Shown: in pieces, positions 1 to 9,916 of the stretch
How the letters are laid out: every line of letters begins with the position of its first letter
Numbering within the stretch: position 1 is the stretch's first letter
Assembly: GCA_043778555.1 (NCBI GenBank)
Contig: JAYWFY010000055.1
Span: forward strand, 1-53,104
Length of the DNA: 53,104 bases
DNA from: a bacterium
GTDB lineage: Bacteria; Patescibacteriota; JACMRA01
Direction: 5' to 3'
Notes under the pieces: generated by a model
The model's input: the letters and a program-made list of their open reading frames with translations, nothing else
What the model was told of the DNA's origin: nothing
The model's database searches: none
Translations under genes and position numbers: made by a program

Positions 1-36
1 TGATATATCATCTTATTCGAACTGTCAAAGAGTTTT

Positions 37-58
37 CCCGTCTGAAGACGGGGGTTTT
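37..58 (+). terminator. Hairpin CCCGTC-TGAA-GACGGG followed by GGTTTT; possible intrinsic terminator of a gene left of the window
   Basis: Perfect 6-bp GC stem with a short T run, read directly. Confidence 0.35.
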
Positions 59-131
59 CACCTCTTTAGAGGTTCATCCTGTCGGAGACTATAAAATTAT
101 TCCACCAAGAATCTATATATAGTTAGTTCAG

Positions 132-163
132 TTTTTTAGATCCTGAAAAAAATTCAGAATGAC
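132..163 (-). repeat. Y-family hairpin repeat copy (consensus GTCATYCTGAAC-N4-TTCAGRATCTARAAA)
   Basis: Minus strand reads gtcattctgaatttttttcaggatctaaaaaa; matches the other copies listed. Confidence 0.7.
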
Positions 164-169
164 ATAAAC

Positions 170-193
170 AAAAAACTCCCAAATTAATGAGAG
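170..193 (-). terminator. Intrinsic terminator downstream of tmRNA
   Basis: Minus strand CTCTC-attaattt-GGGAG followed by TTTTTT, 24 nt after the tmRNA CCA end. Confidence 0.55.
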
Positions 194-216
194 TATATAT
201 TTTGAATAACAAATTG

Positions 217-715
217 TGGTGGAGATAGAGGGAGTCGCACCCTCGTCCAGCTGGCTCGAGATCACACATTTTTTCAGACTAGACACATATCTATAATCAG
301 ATTTCAACAAAGAGTATTATAGAAAAGTCCTTTGAATAAGATTTATAAAATACAATTATTATCTATAAATCAAAGATAATAACTATACACACTTGGGTTT
401 TTGGTGAATAAGTTAAGGCAGAGACGATTGGTGTGTTCCCGTACATCTACTTAAAATGCCCTTTTCAGCTTATACAACAGTTAGATTTTGAAAATAAATT
501 CCTAGAACTAAACGCTGTATGCGTAATCGGGAACACCGCTAAATGACGCGATTAATTCTTGTGTTTTACCACAAAGAGTGTTAATTCGTGCATTTGCGAA
601 TTCTAGCAAGTCGTTAGATTTTGCATTTGTTTTTCGCTATCTCTTGAGGTGGAGACAACCAGACCATCTAGTATGTGCAATTTTGTTATCCAGCTGTCAA
701 AACTAAAATATCCCC
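217..715 (-). ncRNA. ssrA: tmRNA (SsrA), about 499 nt
   Basis: 5' GGGGATA pairs with 3' TATCTCC-A-CCA, including the G3:U70 alanine identity pair. The 3' end GGACGAGGGTGCGACTCCCTCTATCTCCACCA is a tRNA-like T-arm plus acceptor. 5' GTTTTGACAGCTGG pairs with 3' CCAGCTGGAC. Confidence 0.85.
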
Positions 716-852
716 GCGGGTTTATTTGATTAAAGTATTGTTATTTTTACTCAAATTTTACAATTATTAAAAATATAAAGTCTTAAACCCATCAGATGGG
801 ATCTTTTGCTAGGCTCAAGATGACAAATTTAAATAGGTTTGAATACCTTTTT

Positions 853-938
853 TGGTGCCGAGAGTGGGACTCGAACCCACACACCATTACTGATAGAGGA
901 TTTTAAGTCCGCCGTGTCTACCATTCCACCATCCCGGC
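853..938 (-). tRNA. tRNA-Leu(TAA), long variable arm, encoded CCA
   Basis: GCCGGGATGGTGGAATGGTAGACAC...CTTAAAA anticodon loop...GTGGGTTCGAGTCCCAC TCTCGGC A CCA. Confidence 0.9.
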
Positions 939-1049
939 ATTGATTGAGAACATTTTTGTAAATAACTAATTTTGATTATTAAATATTATTTTTTATCAAA
1001 TTTTTCTTTACTCTTTATTAGTTTAGGTAAGTTAGAATTTGTTGTCAAC

Positions 1050-1072
1050 AAAAAACTCCCTATAGTTGGGAG
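1050..1072 (-). terminator. Intrinsic terminator after the HU gene
   Basis: Minus strand CTCCC-aactata-GGGAG followed by TTTTTT. Confidence 0.55.
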
Positions 1073-1094
1073 AGATTGTCATTACTAAAAGCTA

Positions 1095-1409
1095 TTAAGC
1101 AGAGGCTTTGACTGAGTCTTTGAAGTTTTTGCCAACTTTGAAACCAGCAGTTTTGTAAGCTGCAATTTTGATTTTCGCTTTTGTTTTTGGGTTAACGCCA
1201 TCTCGAGCCTTTCGTTCAGCTTTGTAAAAAGTACCAAAACCAGTGAGTTTGACATCGTTTCCTTCTACTACCATTTTGACGATAGCTTCGAGGGTTGCGT
1301 TAAGGTTTTTTTCAGATTGAACTTTTGAGATATCAAGTACTATTGCTAGCTTGGCTACCAAATCAGCTTTTGACAGTTTTACGTTTGGTACAGGTTTTGT
1401 TGTTGACAT
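1095..1409 (-). CDS. hup: HU/IHF-family DNA-binding protein
   Basis: LTGFGTF...RKARDGVNPKTKAKIKIAA..K..FK.GK pattern. Start moved to the second Met (MSTTKP). Confidence 0.9.
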   Translation of the reverse strand: MSTTKPVPNVKLSKADLVAKLAIVLDISKVQSEKNLNATLEAIVKMVVEGNDVKLTGFGTFYKAERKARDGVNPKTKAKIKIAAYKTAGFKVGKNFKDSVKASA

Positions 1410-1567
1410 AATATATAAAGTGTTTTGATGCAATAGGTTTTGATTTGTATTGCATCGTTCTCTAATATTCTAAATTGATTTTTATTTTTTGGCAAGTAAA
1501 AATATGTGATTAAGTCTATAATATAGAAGTTTTTGAGCTGTTAGAATTATTTTTTCTATACAAACAG

Positions 1568-2659
1568 TTATATGTTTATTGACTTATTTGTCAATCTCTT
1601 TTCCAAAAATCTCTTTTCTATAAGATTGTATGACATATAGCCAGCTATTAAAGACAGTACAACTGAAAGAGTTACATATTGCCAATACCCAAATTCTGCA
1701 AAGCCTAAGGAAGTCAAAATGATTTGTATTGGAGCCGAATAAATATAAACACCGTATGAAAGGTCCCCAATGTTTTTGCTAATATTTCTTAATGGCAAAA
1801 CTGTAGCAATGTATAAAATGCAATATGTCAAAGTAAAAGGGGCAACTAGCGCAAATTTGTCAATATCAATAAAATAAATTGTCGTGCTTATGCTCAGAAT
1901 AAAGACTTTCCAGTCCATAGCTACCTTGTCTTTCCAAACATAAAAGGCTGAAGCTACAAAAAAATATGAAAATAAACAAGCAATTTTCCAATCACCTACC
2001 CAAATACTAAACCAATCACGGTAACCATCTACAAACGTAACTCCATAGTAGGCAAACCAAAAAAAAGCAGCTGGAATAAATATCAAAAATTTATTTTTAA
2101 AAACTCCTATTGCCCAAAAAATAGCTAGCAAGATATACGCTCTAACTTCAAAGATCAGCGACCAAAAAGGATCGTCAAGTTTATTGACTTTGGATTTGGC
2201 TAAAATATCGCCGATACTGGTATTCTTAATTTCTAAGGTAGAGTTATTCCAAAAATATTGATACGCTTCTACTCCATATTTAGAAAAATACTCTAGTAAC
2301 TGACCATGATTGATAAAGTATAAGATTGGTGCAATTAGAGTAGTAAGAACGAACAAACAAGTCCAAAATCCAGGCATAATTCGGATAAACCTCTTGGTAA
2401 AAAACTCTCTAAGGTCATTTGATCTAAGTATACTAGCGGTAATCAAAAAACCTGAAATCACAAAAAAACCATAGACTGCGAGACCACCGAATGCCAATTC
2501 TCCGTACATATCGTGGATTTTGAAAGCTTCAGATCCTCTGCCAAAACCATAAGTCCAGCTATGACCATATACAACCATCAATGCAAAAAATAACCTCAAA
2601 AAATCAAAGGCATTATCCTTCATGTCAATTCGTGTATTGGAAAACTGGAGTAAATTCAT
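1568..2659 (-). CDS. Acyltransferase family 3 (OafA-like) membrane protein
   Basis: N-terminal NAFDFLRLFFALMVVYGHS motif, multi-pass hydrophobic profile, 363 aa. Confidence 0.75.
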   Translation of the reverse strand: MNLLQFSNTRIDMKDNAFDFLRLFFALMVVYGHSWTYGFGRGSEAFKIHDMYGELAFGGLAVYGFFVISGFLITASILRSNDLREFFTKRFIRIMPGFWTCLFVLTTLIAPILYFINHGQLLEYFSKYGVEAYQYFWNNSTLEIKNTSIGDILAKSKVNKLDDPFWSLIFEVRAYILLAIFWAIGVFKNKFLIFIPAAFFWFAYYGVTFVDGYRDWFSIWVGDWKIACLFSYFFVASAFYVWKDKVAMDWKVFILSISTTIYFIDIDKFALVAPFTLTYCILYIATVLPLRNISKNIGDLSYGVYIYSAPIQIILTSLGFAEFGYWQYVTLSVVLSLIAGYMSYNLIEKRFLEKRLTNKSINI

Positions 2660-2672
2660 ATGGTTTTGAGCT

Positions 2673-3764
2673 TTAAATTTTAATAGTTTGGTGGCGTACT
2701 AGCCAGCGTTTTTCGACAAAATTCCAAGACAAAAGTGCTAGTGGTAAAGTGAGTAGCAAATCAAGCCCGACAAATTGCCAAAAACCAAGAGTCGACTGAA
2801 AGCCAAGCATTTGCAATGTCAAACGAACGGGCCAGTGGTAAAGATAAATACCATAAGACAAATCTCCAATTTTTTTGCTAATATTTCTAATCGGTAATGT
2901 AAAACAAAGGCAGAGAACAAAGTAAGTAAAACAAAAAGGTAAAACTATTGGTAAAAAACTAAAGATAGTAGCCACTAAAAGCGTCAAAAAGCTCAAAGCC
3001 ATTCCAGACCATTTGATGGGTAAAAAATCTCTAAAAAGATTGATACTTACTCCCCACATAAAGACAGCTATAAACAGTAAAATTCTTTCGTCTCCAAACC
3101 ACTGTCCATAAAAACTAGCAAAATCTAGGTTGTAGGAATAAACAATTCTCACGACATTTAAAAAAAACGTGATAGCTAGAATTAACCACCTATACGAGCC
3201 TTTCAAAAATCCTAACGATCCCAAAAATCCCAAAAATATATAGGCTCGTACTTCGTGATGAATTGTCCACCAAGGTCCATCGATAGTATCAATTGCTACT
3301 TTGCCAACGGAGTTGATTTTTATCTCTGAGTCAAGGTTGCTAGACATAAATCGCCACCAGTCTAGTCCGTTTATTGCCCAAAAATCTAACAAAGTTTTTT
3401 CTTTGATAAAGTACCAGAGCGGTACAAAAAAACACCCACAAACAAAAATAGAAAACCAAAATCCTGGGAAAATTCTCTTGTAACGTTTGACCACAAAATC
3501 TACAATTCCATTGGATCTTTGCCAACTAGAAGTGACCAAAAAACCTGAGATGGCAAAAAAACCCCAGATAGCTATTGTGCCGGCGTGTAGATTGTCAAAG
3601 TGAGTTTCCGACCAGTGTAAGATATCGTCGGCTTGGTATAGATACCTAGAGTGAGCAAATACTACAAACAGTGCCAAGATTAGTCTAACAAAGTCAAAAG
3701 CATTATTTTTGTTGTCAATCTTGATAATATCTAGTTTGATAAGTTTTGCAAGGAAAGTGTCCAT
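2673..3764 (-). CDS. Acyltransferase family 3 membrane protein, tandem paralog
   Basis: NAFDFVRLILALFVVFAHS; same 363-aa length and architecture as the neighbouring gene. Confidence 0.75.
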   Translation of the reverse strand: MDTFLAKLIKLDIIKIDNKNNAFDFVRLILALFVVFAHSRYLYQADDILHWSETHFDNLHAGTIAIWGFFAISGFLVTSSWQRSNGIVDFVVKRYKRIFPGFWFSIFVCGCFFVPLWYFIKEKTLLDFWAINGLDWWRFMSSNLDSEIKINSVGKVAIDTIDGPWWTIHHEVRAYIFLGFLGSLGFLKGSYRWLILAITFFLNVVRIVYSYNLDFASFYGQWFGDERILLFIAVFMWGVSINLFRDFLPIKWSGMALSFLTLLVATIFSFLPIVLPFCFTYFVLCLCFTLPIRNISKKIGDLSYGIYLYHWPVRLTLQMLGFQSTLGFWQFVGLDLLLTLPLALLSWNFVEKRWLVRHQTIKI

Positions 3765-3784
3765 TTAAAAGAGTTTATTTTTAA

Positions 3785-4519
3785 TTATTTTACATTAAAT
3801 TTCAATTTAAAGACGCCAATTGCAGCTTCCTTAATAATCGAGCCGGACATTTTGGATTCCCCGTTAATACGGTCGGGAAATATAATTGGGACTTCGGTAA
3901 ATTTGGCTCCAGCTTTAATGCTACGATATTTCATCTCAATTTGAAAAAGATAGCCAATAGATTCTATTTGCTCAAGGAGATTGATTTGAGTTATAAAAGA
4001 CGAGCGAAACATATTGTAACCACCTGTAAAATCATTAACATTAAGACTCAAAATAGTCTTTGCATAAAGCGAACCAAAACGACTTATCGCCTTACGCTTA
4101 ATGTCCCAGTTTTCTATTCCACCCCCGTCGATATACCTAGAACCGATTACTAGATCTAAATTATTTTGATCAGCTACACTTAGAAAATCTACAATATATT
4201 TTGGCTGGTGTGAAAGGTCGGCGTCCATTTCCATCACAAAATCGCACTCATCTTTGATCTGCCCGATTCCTTGAATATAGGCTGTACCAAGACCCAACTT
4301 ACCGGTACGCTCAAAGATTTTAATATCCAAAAAGTCAGATTGGTTTTTTTGCATAATTTTTTTTACTATTAATGCAGTGCCATCAGGTGAAGCGTCGTCT
4401 ACGATTAACATTAATGTTTTGATTTGAGCTGCGCAAACGACTTGGTCAATTTGGCTCAAAAGCTGGCTTATATTTTGCGATTCGTTGTAACATGGCGTTA
4501 CGATTCCTAGTTTGTACAT
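3785..4519 (-). CDS. GT2 polyprenol-phosphate glycosyltransferase (Dpm1-like)
   Basis: IVTPCYNES, DDASPDGT and MDADLSHQP motifs. Confidence 0.8.
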   Translation of the reverse strand: MYKLGIVTPCYNESQNISQLLSQIDQVVCAAQIKTLMLIVDDASPDGTALIVKKIMQKNQSDFLDIKIFERTGKLGLGTAYIQGIGQIKDECDFVMEMDADLSHQPKYIVDFLSVADQNNLDLVIGSRYIDGGGIENWDIKRKAISRFGSLYAKTILSLNVNDFTGGYNMFRSSFITQINLLEQIESIGYLFQIEMKYRSIKAGAKFTEVPIIFPDRINGESKMSGSIIKEAAIGVFKLKFNVK

Positions 4520-4540
4520 GCTGAGTAAGGTATTTATTTT

Positions 4541-6184
4541 TTATCTTGTGGCTATATACCACCTTGGTTGATATTCATAAATTTTAAAACCATCTTTCCA
4601 TTCTATCAAAATTTTCTTGTCTCGCAGTCCATCTTTATTGACACCACCAAAGTAATATTTGCCAATTTGATTCCCCATTATTTTGGTATCATAATAACCA
4701 GGCTCAATCGGCTGGAAAAATAATTTATAAATATATGGTTGATTAATATCTACTATTTCTACCTTATCAAACTTGTCGTCATTAGCTTTGAGATAGCTAA
4801 GCATCTCTTGTATTCCAAATTGAAAATTGCCTTTTTGACTTTCAGAATACTTGGTAAAATAAAAAAATGAGAAGTGCAAGGTCGTTATGAGTAAAACGGT
4901 TCCAAAGACAACCCTAATGGATCTCAAAACCCTTTGATCCAAGCTAATTTTACTGATTAACCAGTCAATTGAGAGAGGTATAAACAGCAAGCTCAAGACC
5001 AAAACTTGAATACCTCGGGTAACAATAGTGTGATCTATAGTCAAACTTGGAGCAATTGGAGCCAAAAAGAAAAGAATAACTAAAAATAGATAAAACTCTC
5101 GATCAGGGTTCTCTTTCTCCCTAGATTTCCAAAAAGCAACTAATAGTCCAAGATAAATAAACGGTGTCAATAACTCGTTGATTGGGGCAAACTGGGGAAC
5201 ATGATGCATTTCATTGGTGTCACTTCGACCAGTCATAAAAAAAGGTGTCAAATATTCCCAGTACCGTGAGGCAAACCCAGCAACAAACCCTTCTCCATTG
5301 GCTGTGACTGAAACTTGCTTATATCTGGCGTTGTACAGATCAGGATGAGTAATAGTCAAGTAATAAATTGGTGAGATAAACAAACAAATAGCAATAATTG
5401 GTAAAATTAATTTTTTAAAACTTTTGAAACTTGTCATCTTGAACGTAGCAAAAGATCCCGTATGAGTGACTTTTTGATTGTAAAATTTAGCTTTCAAAAG
5501 AGGAAACAAATAGACCAAAGCAAGAGTAATCAAAACTAGCGGCACAAAGACTTTCATAGTTGGATATGAATATGTCAAGGCTATTCCAGAGAGAGAAAAC
5601 AACGAGGAATTAATAATAATTTTTTGCTTAGAATTTGAATCTATAAGCTTGAGAAGAGTAAAAATAAAAGCTAAAAGGCAAAAAGGCACAATGCTTGGTG
5701 GAATAGCCCAATGTGAAAGGCTGATCATAAATGGTGTGACCGCTGCGATTAAAGCTCCTATCAAGGCAATACTAGTTTTAGACGTCAATCTTTTGATTAT
5801 TCCATAGATTAAAGGTATGCAAACAATTCCAAAAGTAGCATTAGCAAACCTTATTGACCAAACGCTCAAGCCAAAAACCTTGACAAAAGGAACTGTTAAG
5901 TAAGTCAAAGTCGGTGAAGCCCAATCATTAAACGACTGCAACATTGGAGGTAAAAAATTACCATGATGATCTCGCAAATTGATTCCCAAAGTGTAGGCGT
6001 CTACGCCGTTGACAGCCTCATCTTGATTTAAGGCAGGTGGGGCGATCTCAAGATTATACAATCTTAAAAAGGTTGCAATTACAATAATAATAAGTAAGAC
6101 TTGAAAATAACTAAGTTTAAACATAATTTTAATCGGAGTAACTTTGGCTATAAATTCAATGATTCTTTTTGATTCACTTTCCAT
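4541..6184 (-). CDS. GT-C fold membrane glycosyltransferase, PMT/ArnT-like
   Basis: 547 aa, many TM segments, first-loop DEA motif (LNQDEAVNG). Confidence 0.55.
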   Translation of the reverse strand: MESESKRIIEFIAKVTPIKIMFKLSYFQVLLIIIVIATFLRLYNLEIAPPALNQDEAVNGVDAYTLGINLRDHHGNFLPPMLQSFNDWASPTLTYLTVPFVKVFGLSVWSIRFANATFGIVCIPLIYGIIKRLTSKTSIALIGALIAAVTPFMISLSHWAIPPSIVPFCLLAFIFTLLKLIDSNSKQKIIINSSLFSLSGIALTYSYPTMKVFVPLVLITLALVYLFPLLKAKFYNQKVTHTGSFATFKMTSFKSFKKLILPIIAICLFISPIYYLTITHPDLYNARYKQVSVTANGEGFVAGFASRYWEYLTPFFMTGRSDTNEMHHVPQFAPINELLTPFIYLGLLVAFWKSREKENPDREFYLFLVILFFLAPIAPSLTIDHTIVTRGIQVLVLSLLFIPLSIDWLISKISLDQRVLRSIRVVFGTVLLITTLHFSFFYFTKYSESQKGNFQFGIQEMLSYLKANDDKFDKVEIVDINQPYIYKLFFQPIEPGYYDTKIMGNQIGKYYFGGVNKDGLRDKKILIEWKDGFKIYEYQPRWYIATR

Positions 6185-6188
6185 AATT

Positions 6189-7643
6189 TTAATTGATTAT
6201 TTGGACTTTGTTAGTTTTATATTCTTTTTTTAATCCTTTAACCAAATCATAAAACACATAAACAATTATTCCAAAAATCCAAAGTACGTCAAATTCACGG
6301 CTCAAGAACTGTGGAATATTACCACCAATTAGCCCAGAAATATAAACTGAAAGTGAGATAACCGAAACAATAACACCAACCCAAAACTTTTTTGGAAACC
6401 AGAAAGAATAAATAATTGCTATTATGTCAGCCAGAAAAAAGTATCGTTCATGCATTTTTGGAAGTAAAAATGGGACTATCAAAACCGAAAGTAAGCTTAT
6501 TTTTATTATTGTGTCATTATCTATATTCTCAATTTTATTATAGACAAAATAATAGGCCACCAAAAGAATAGCTATTAACGCAACACCGAGTCCAGCCTGG
6601 TAAAAATATTCGTATTTGTCATTAGAAATCCATTGATATACGCTTGGTACCCCACCCATCACCAAATTGCCATAAGCTTTGGATTGACCGAAATAAATAG
6701 TTAATAGTCCGTCAGTTTTACTCACAGGAGTGACTATTCCGTTTCTGATTTCAGTAGTTGTATCAAATAAAGGTCTTGCGTCGGATCCAAAAATAACATT
6801 TTGGGAAATTGGTAGAATAGTTATCAAATAAATAGTAACAAACAAAGCTCCAATCGTTAATATAAATTTTTTGGGCAAGTTCTTGGTTATTATTAATATC
6901 AAAAATACAGGGGCAAAGAAAATACCCTGAAGCTTGAGACAGAGAGAAAATGCAAAGAAAAATGCTGCCTTAAAAAACTTATTGACAAGCAAAAAATATA
7001 AAGAAGCAACAACAAACGAACCATAGACAGAGTCACATTGTCCCCACATACTCCCATTAAAAATCATTGCTGGTAGCATTAATGTAGTCATAAAAGTGAG
7101 CTTAAAAACTTTTGGGTGTTTGATAGCTATAATTTTGGCTACAAAATATGACAGCACAAAGTCAAAAAAAACTGACACAATCTTGACCCAAAACAAAAAA
7201 TTAACTTTCAAAGCAACACCTAACCCCAAGATATAAACATAAAATGGAGTATAGTTAAAAAAAGCCTCCTTAAAAGCTGAGAACCCTTCATTGTCAATTT
7301 TTTCCATCCAAGGCTTGAGGAAAGTTCCATAGTCACCAGATATAAAAGGAAAGAAAGAGAGTCGTACCCTAAAAGCCACAAGACAAACGATAAGGAATAT
7401 AGTATTTTCGAAAGTAAATAGTCTTTTAATTAAGTTCCCCAATTTGATAAAATAATTTGGTTGTGTCGTCGTTTGAACTTGTTGGCTACTTTGTTTGTCT
7501 TCACTTTCTCCAAAAACACTATCTCCATATCCTCCACTTAGTTGACTAATATCTTTATGATATTCTAATTCTAGATTATTTTTTGTGATTGGCAGTGATG
7601 GTTGATTGCTCTGCATTTTGAGATCGTCGAGAGAATTTGGCAT
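6189..7643 (-). CDS. Polytopic membrane protein, probable GT-C glycosyl/mannosyltransferase
   Basis: 484 aa multi-pass protein in the glycosylation cluster; the family call is tentative. Confidence 0.4.
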   Translation of the reverse strand: MPNSLDDLKMQSNQPSLPITKNNLELEYHKDISQLSGGYGDSVFGESEDKQSSQQVQTTTQPNYFIKLGNLIKRLFTFENTIFLIVCLVAFRVRLSFFPFISGDYGTFLKPWMEKIDNEGFSAFKEAFFNYTPFYVYILGLGVALKVNFLFWVKIVSVFFDFVLSYFVAKIIAIKHPKVFKLTFMTTLMLPAMIFNGSMWGQCDSVYGSFVVASLYFLLVNKFFKAAFFFAFSLCLKLQGIFFAPVFLILIITKNLPKKFILTIGALFVTIYLITILPISQNVIFGSDARPLFDTTTEIRNGIVTPVSKTDGLLTIYFGQSKAYGNLVMGGVPSVYQWISNDKYEYFYQAGLGVALIAILLVAYYFVYNKIENIDNDTIIKISLLSVLIVPFLLPKMHERYFFLADIIAIIYSFWFPKKFWVGVIVSVISLSVYISGLIGGNIPQFLSREFDVLWIFGIIVYVFYDLVKGLKKEYKTNKVQIIN

Positions 7644-7709
7644 AAATAATTTTGATTTAGTTTTTTTGATTTATTTGTATTAAAAGTGATATACTCTTTA
7701 CTCTATAAG

Positions 7710-7812
7710 CTTTTACAACTCTCCAAAACACTTACCCAGTCACCTTTAGCGCCACCCTTTTCTAGAGAAGCACAATCTTTAAACTGGTAGTTTGTTTATA
7801 GATTTGTAAAAG
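7710..7812 (+). repeat. TIR-bounded ~102-nt element, copy A
   Basis: Runs CTTTTACAACTCT...AGATTTGTAAAAG; homologous to 9917-10017 and to the reverse complement of 19005-19106. Confidence 0.8.
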
Positions 7813-8154
7813 TTGGTGAAGAAATTAGTATATATTTGTTATTTTGGAACTAAGGATTGCTATTGGAATTAATATAAGGTTGATACTGTTTAATAATTAG
7901 CAGTATTGATTTTTTGGTCAAACAAATTAGCATTTTAAAACCTGTCCTAAATTTTTCAATTTAGCTCTAAAAATTTAACTTTAAAGTTTTTTCAGATATA
8001 CAAACTGCTAAGTACCCAGTATAATAGACAGTAGGTTCCATTCTTGCTAAGATTTATCTAAAACATCAATAATATCTATACATGCAGGACAACTGTCTAA
8101 ACACTAAATACCATGAAAGGAGTAAAAAATTTCTTATACGGGGGCTGCGGTACT

Positions 8155-8511
8155 TTACTTTAAAAGATCTCTAGATTGTCTAATAGTCTCAAAATTATTA
8201 TTTTGCTGAGCTGGTAAAACTTTTGCAGCTTGATCAGCTAGACCCAAAATCTGCTTGATACTAGTTATAAATGGTGATAATCCAGGAATCAAACCATCTA
8301 GAAAACTGTTAAAGATAGGAAACCAGTCAAAGTAATAGATTACCATTGTTATAACAATTAAACCAAATATTTTGAATGTCCAATCGATTATTTTGAAGGG
8401 AAGCGAAATTATAGTGAGCGGAAGTGTCAAGATTTTGTAGAGCCAATTGAATATTTTAAACATAAAAATATTGTAATTTGTATAAAAAAACTTGTCAAAG
8501 ATAATATACAT
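8155..8511 (-). CDS. Small membrane protein, hypothetical
   Basis: ORF with hydrophobic segments; no recognised motif. Confidence 0.4.
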   Translation of the reverse strand: MYIIFDKFFYTNYNIFMFKIFNWLYKILTLPLTIISLPFKIIDWTFKIFGLIVITMVIYYFDWFPIFNSFLDGLIPGLSPFITSIKQILGLADQAAKVLPAQQNNNFETIRQSRDLLK

Positions 8512-8592
8512 GGAAAGGTTATGCCAATTGGAAAGTGTGTAGTAAAAACCCCGCCTATTATGACGGGAATTAATTTTAATTTAATTTTTTGG

Positions 8593-8668
8593 TGGCTCCG
8601 AAGACAGGACTCGAACCTGTGACCAAGAGATTAACAGTCTCCTGCTCTACCAACTGAGCTACTTCGGA
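8593..8668 (-). tRNA. tRNA-Asn(GTT)
   Basis: TCCGAAGTAGCTCAGTTGGTAGAGC...CTGTTAA loop...ACAGGTTCGAGTCCTGT CTTCGGA G CCA. Confidence 0.9.
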
Positions 8669-8683
8669 AAACTCACATATTTA

Positions 8684-8712
8684 ATTTTAAATAATTCTAA
8701 TGTTTATGTCAA
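8684..8712 (-). promoter_or_regulatory. Sigma70-like promoter for tRNA-Asn
   Basis: TTGACA, 17-nt spacer, TAAAAT; about 15 nt upstream of the tRNA 5' end. Confidence 0.5.
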
Positions 8713-8726
8713 GGTATACTCAAACG

Positions 8727-9767
8727 CTAATCTTGATTGTTAATTTTTCGTGCACATTTTGCCACAAGATCGCTTACCCGATTGGCGTATCCCCATTCGT
8801 TATCGTACCAGCCATAAACTCGAATATTGTCATTGTCCAAGCCAAAAACTTTGGTATAATTGCTATCAAAAATACATGAATGAGGGTTGCCAATATAGTC
8901 TGAGGATACGAGCTCAGCTGTCGCAAATTGCAATATACCTTTCATATAGTTTTGGCTTGCCATTAGGAAAAGCTTGTTGATCTCGTCTACACTAGTTTCT
9001 TTTTTAATCGTAACAGTCAAATCGGTAAAAGAAACCGTAGGTACAGGAACCCTTAACGCCATTCCATCAATTCTACCTTTGAGTTGCGGCATCACTTTAC
9101 CTACTGCTTTTGACGCACCAGTGGTTGTGGGTATAATGTTGAGGGCGGCTGCACGTGATCGATTTGGTTCTTTGTTAAACTCGTCTAGAAGGCTTTGAGT
9201 AGCTGTATAGGCGTGTACTGTTGTCAAAAAAGCAGAGTGAACTCCAAAAGCGTCGTCCAAAACCTTGAGCATTGGTGCTACGCAATTCGTTGTACAAGAA
9301 GCGTTAGACAAAATACTTGCATCCAGAATCGGTTCATCTTTGTCTAGAGCCGCGTTGACACCCAAAACTATGTCAGGGATAGACCCGTCTTTGGCTGGGC
9401 AAGTTAAAATTACTTTTTTGGCACCTTGATCCAAATGACCGTTGAGGTCTTGAGTAATTGTAAATGCTCCAGTAGCATCCACGACTATATCTACGCCTAG
9501 ATCTATCCAAGGTATGAGGTGAGGAGTCATATGACCTGTACAAACTATCTCACGGTTGTCAATAAAAATAGCGTTATCATTGTGGGTTATAACTCTATTC
9601 CATGTTCGGTAGAGGGAGTCATACTGCAAGAGATACGCCATCATTTTAGTATTGTTGGAGCGTGTATTGATGGCAACTATTTCATAATCTGGATGATCAA
9701 ATGCTATTCTAGTGAGAGCTCGACCAATTCTTCCAAAGCCGTTGAGACCAATTTTGATTTTAGACAT
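8727..9767 (-). CDS. gap: Glyceraldehyde-3-phosphate dehydrogenase, type I
   Basis: GLNGFGRIGR, SNASCTTNC and WYDNEWGY motifs. Confidence 0.95.
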   Translation of the reverse strand: MSKIKIGLNGFGRIGRALTRIAFDHPDYEIVAINTRSNNTKMMAYLLQYDSLYRTWNRVITHNDNAIFIDNREIVCTGHMTPHLIPWIDLGVDIVVDATGAFTITQDLNGHLDQGAKKVILTCPAKDGSIPDIVLGVNAALDKDEPILDASILSNASCTTNCVAPMLKVLDDAFGVHSAFLTTVHAYTATQSLLDEFNKEPNRSRAAALNIIPTTTGASKAVGKVMPQLKGRIDGMALRVPVPTVSFTDLTVTIKKETSVDEINKLFLMASQNYMKGILQFATAELVSSDYIGNPHSCIFDSNYTKVFGLDNDNIRVYGWYDNEWGYANRVSDLVAKCARKINNQD

Positions 9768-9916
9768 TATGTTTGGATTTTTTTAATAAAAAAGTAAGTT
9801 TTAAAATCTGATTATTAACTTTTTTTAATATTGTGTCAAGACTTCTACCTTCAGAATCTCTCCTGACTTTATTTTTAAACTTATAGAATGGCATTTTATA
9901 CTCATTTACCTTTCAA

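Noticed and set aside
128-310. 60-aa ORF on the minus strand
   Set aside because: It overlaps the tmRNA 3' domain, its terminator and a hairpin repeat. The RNA features explain the sequence better.
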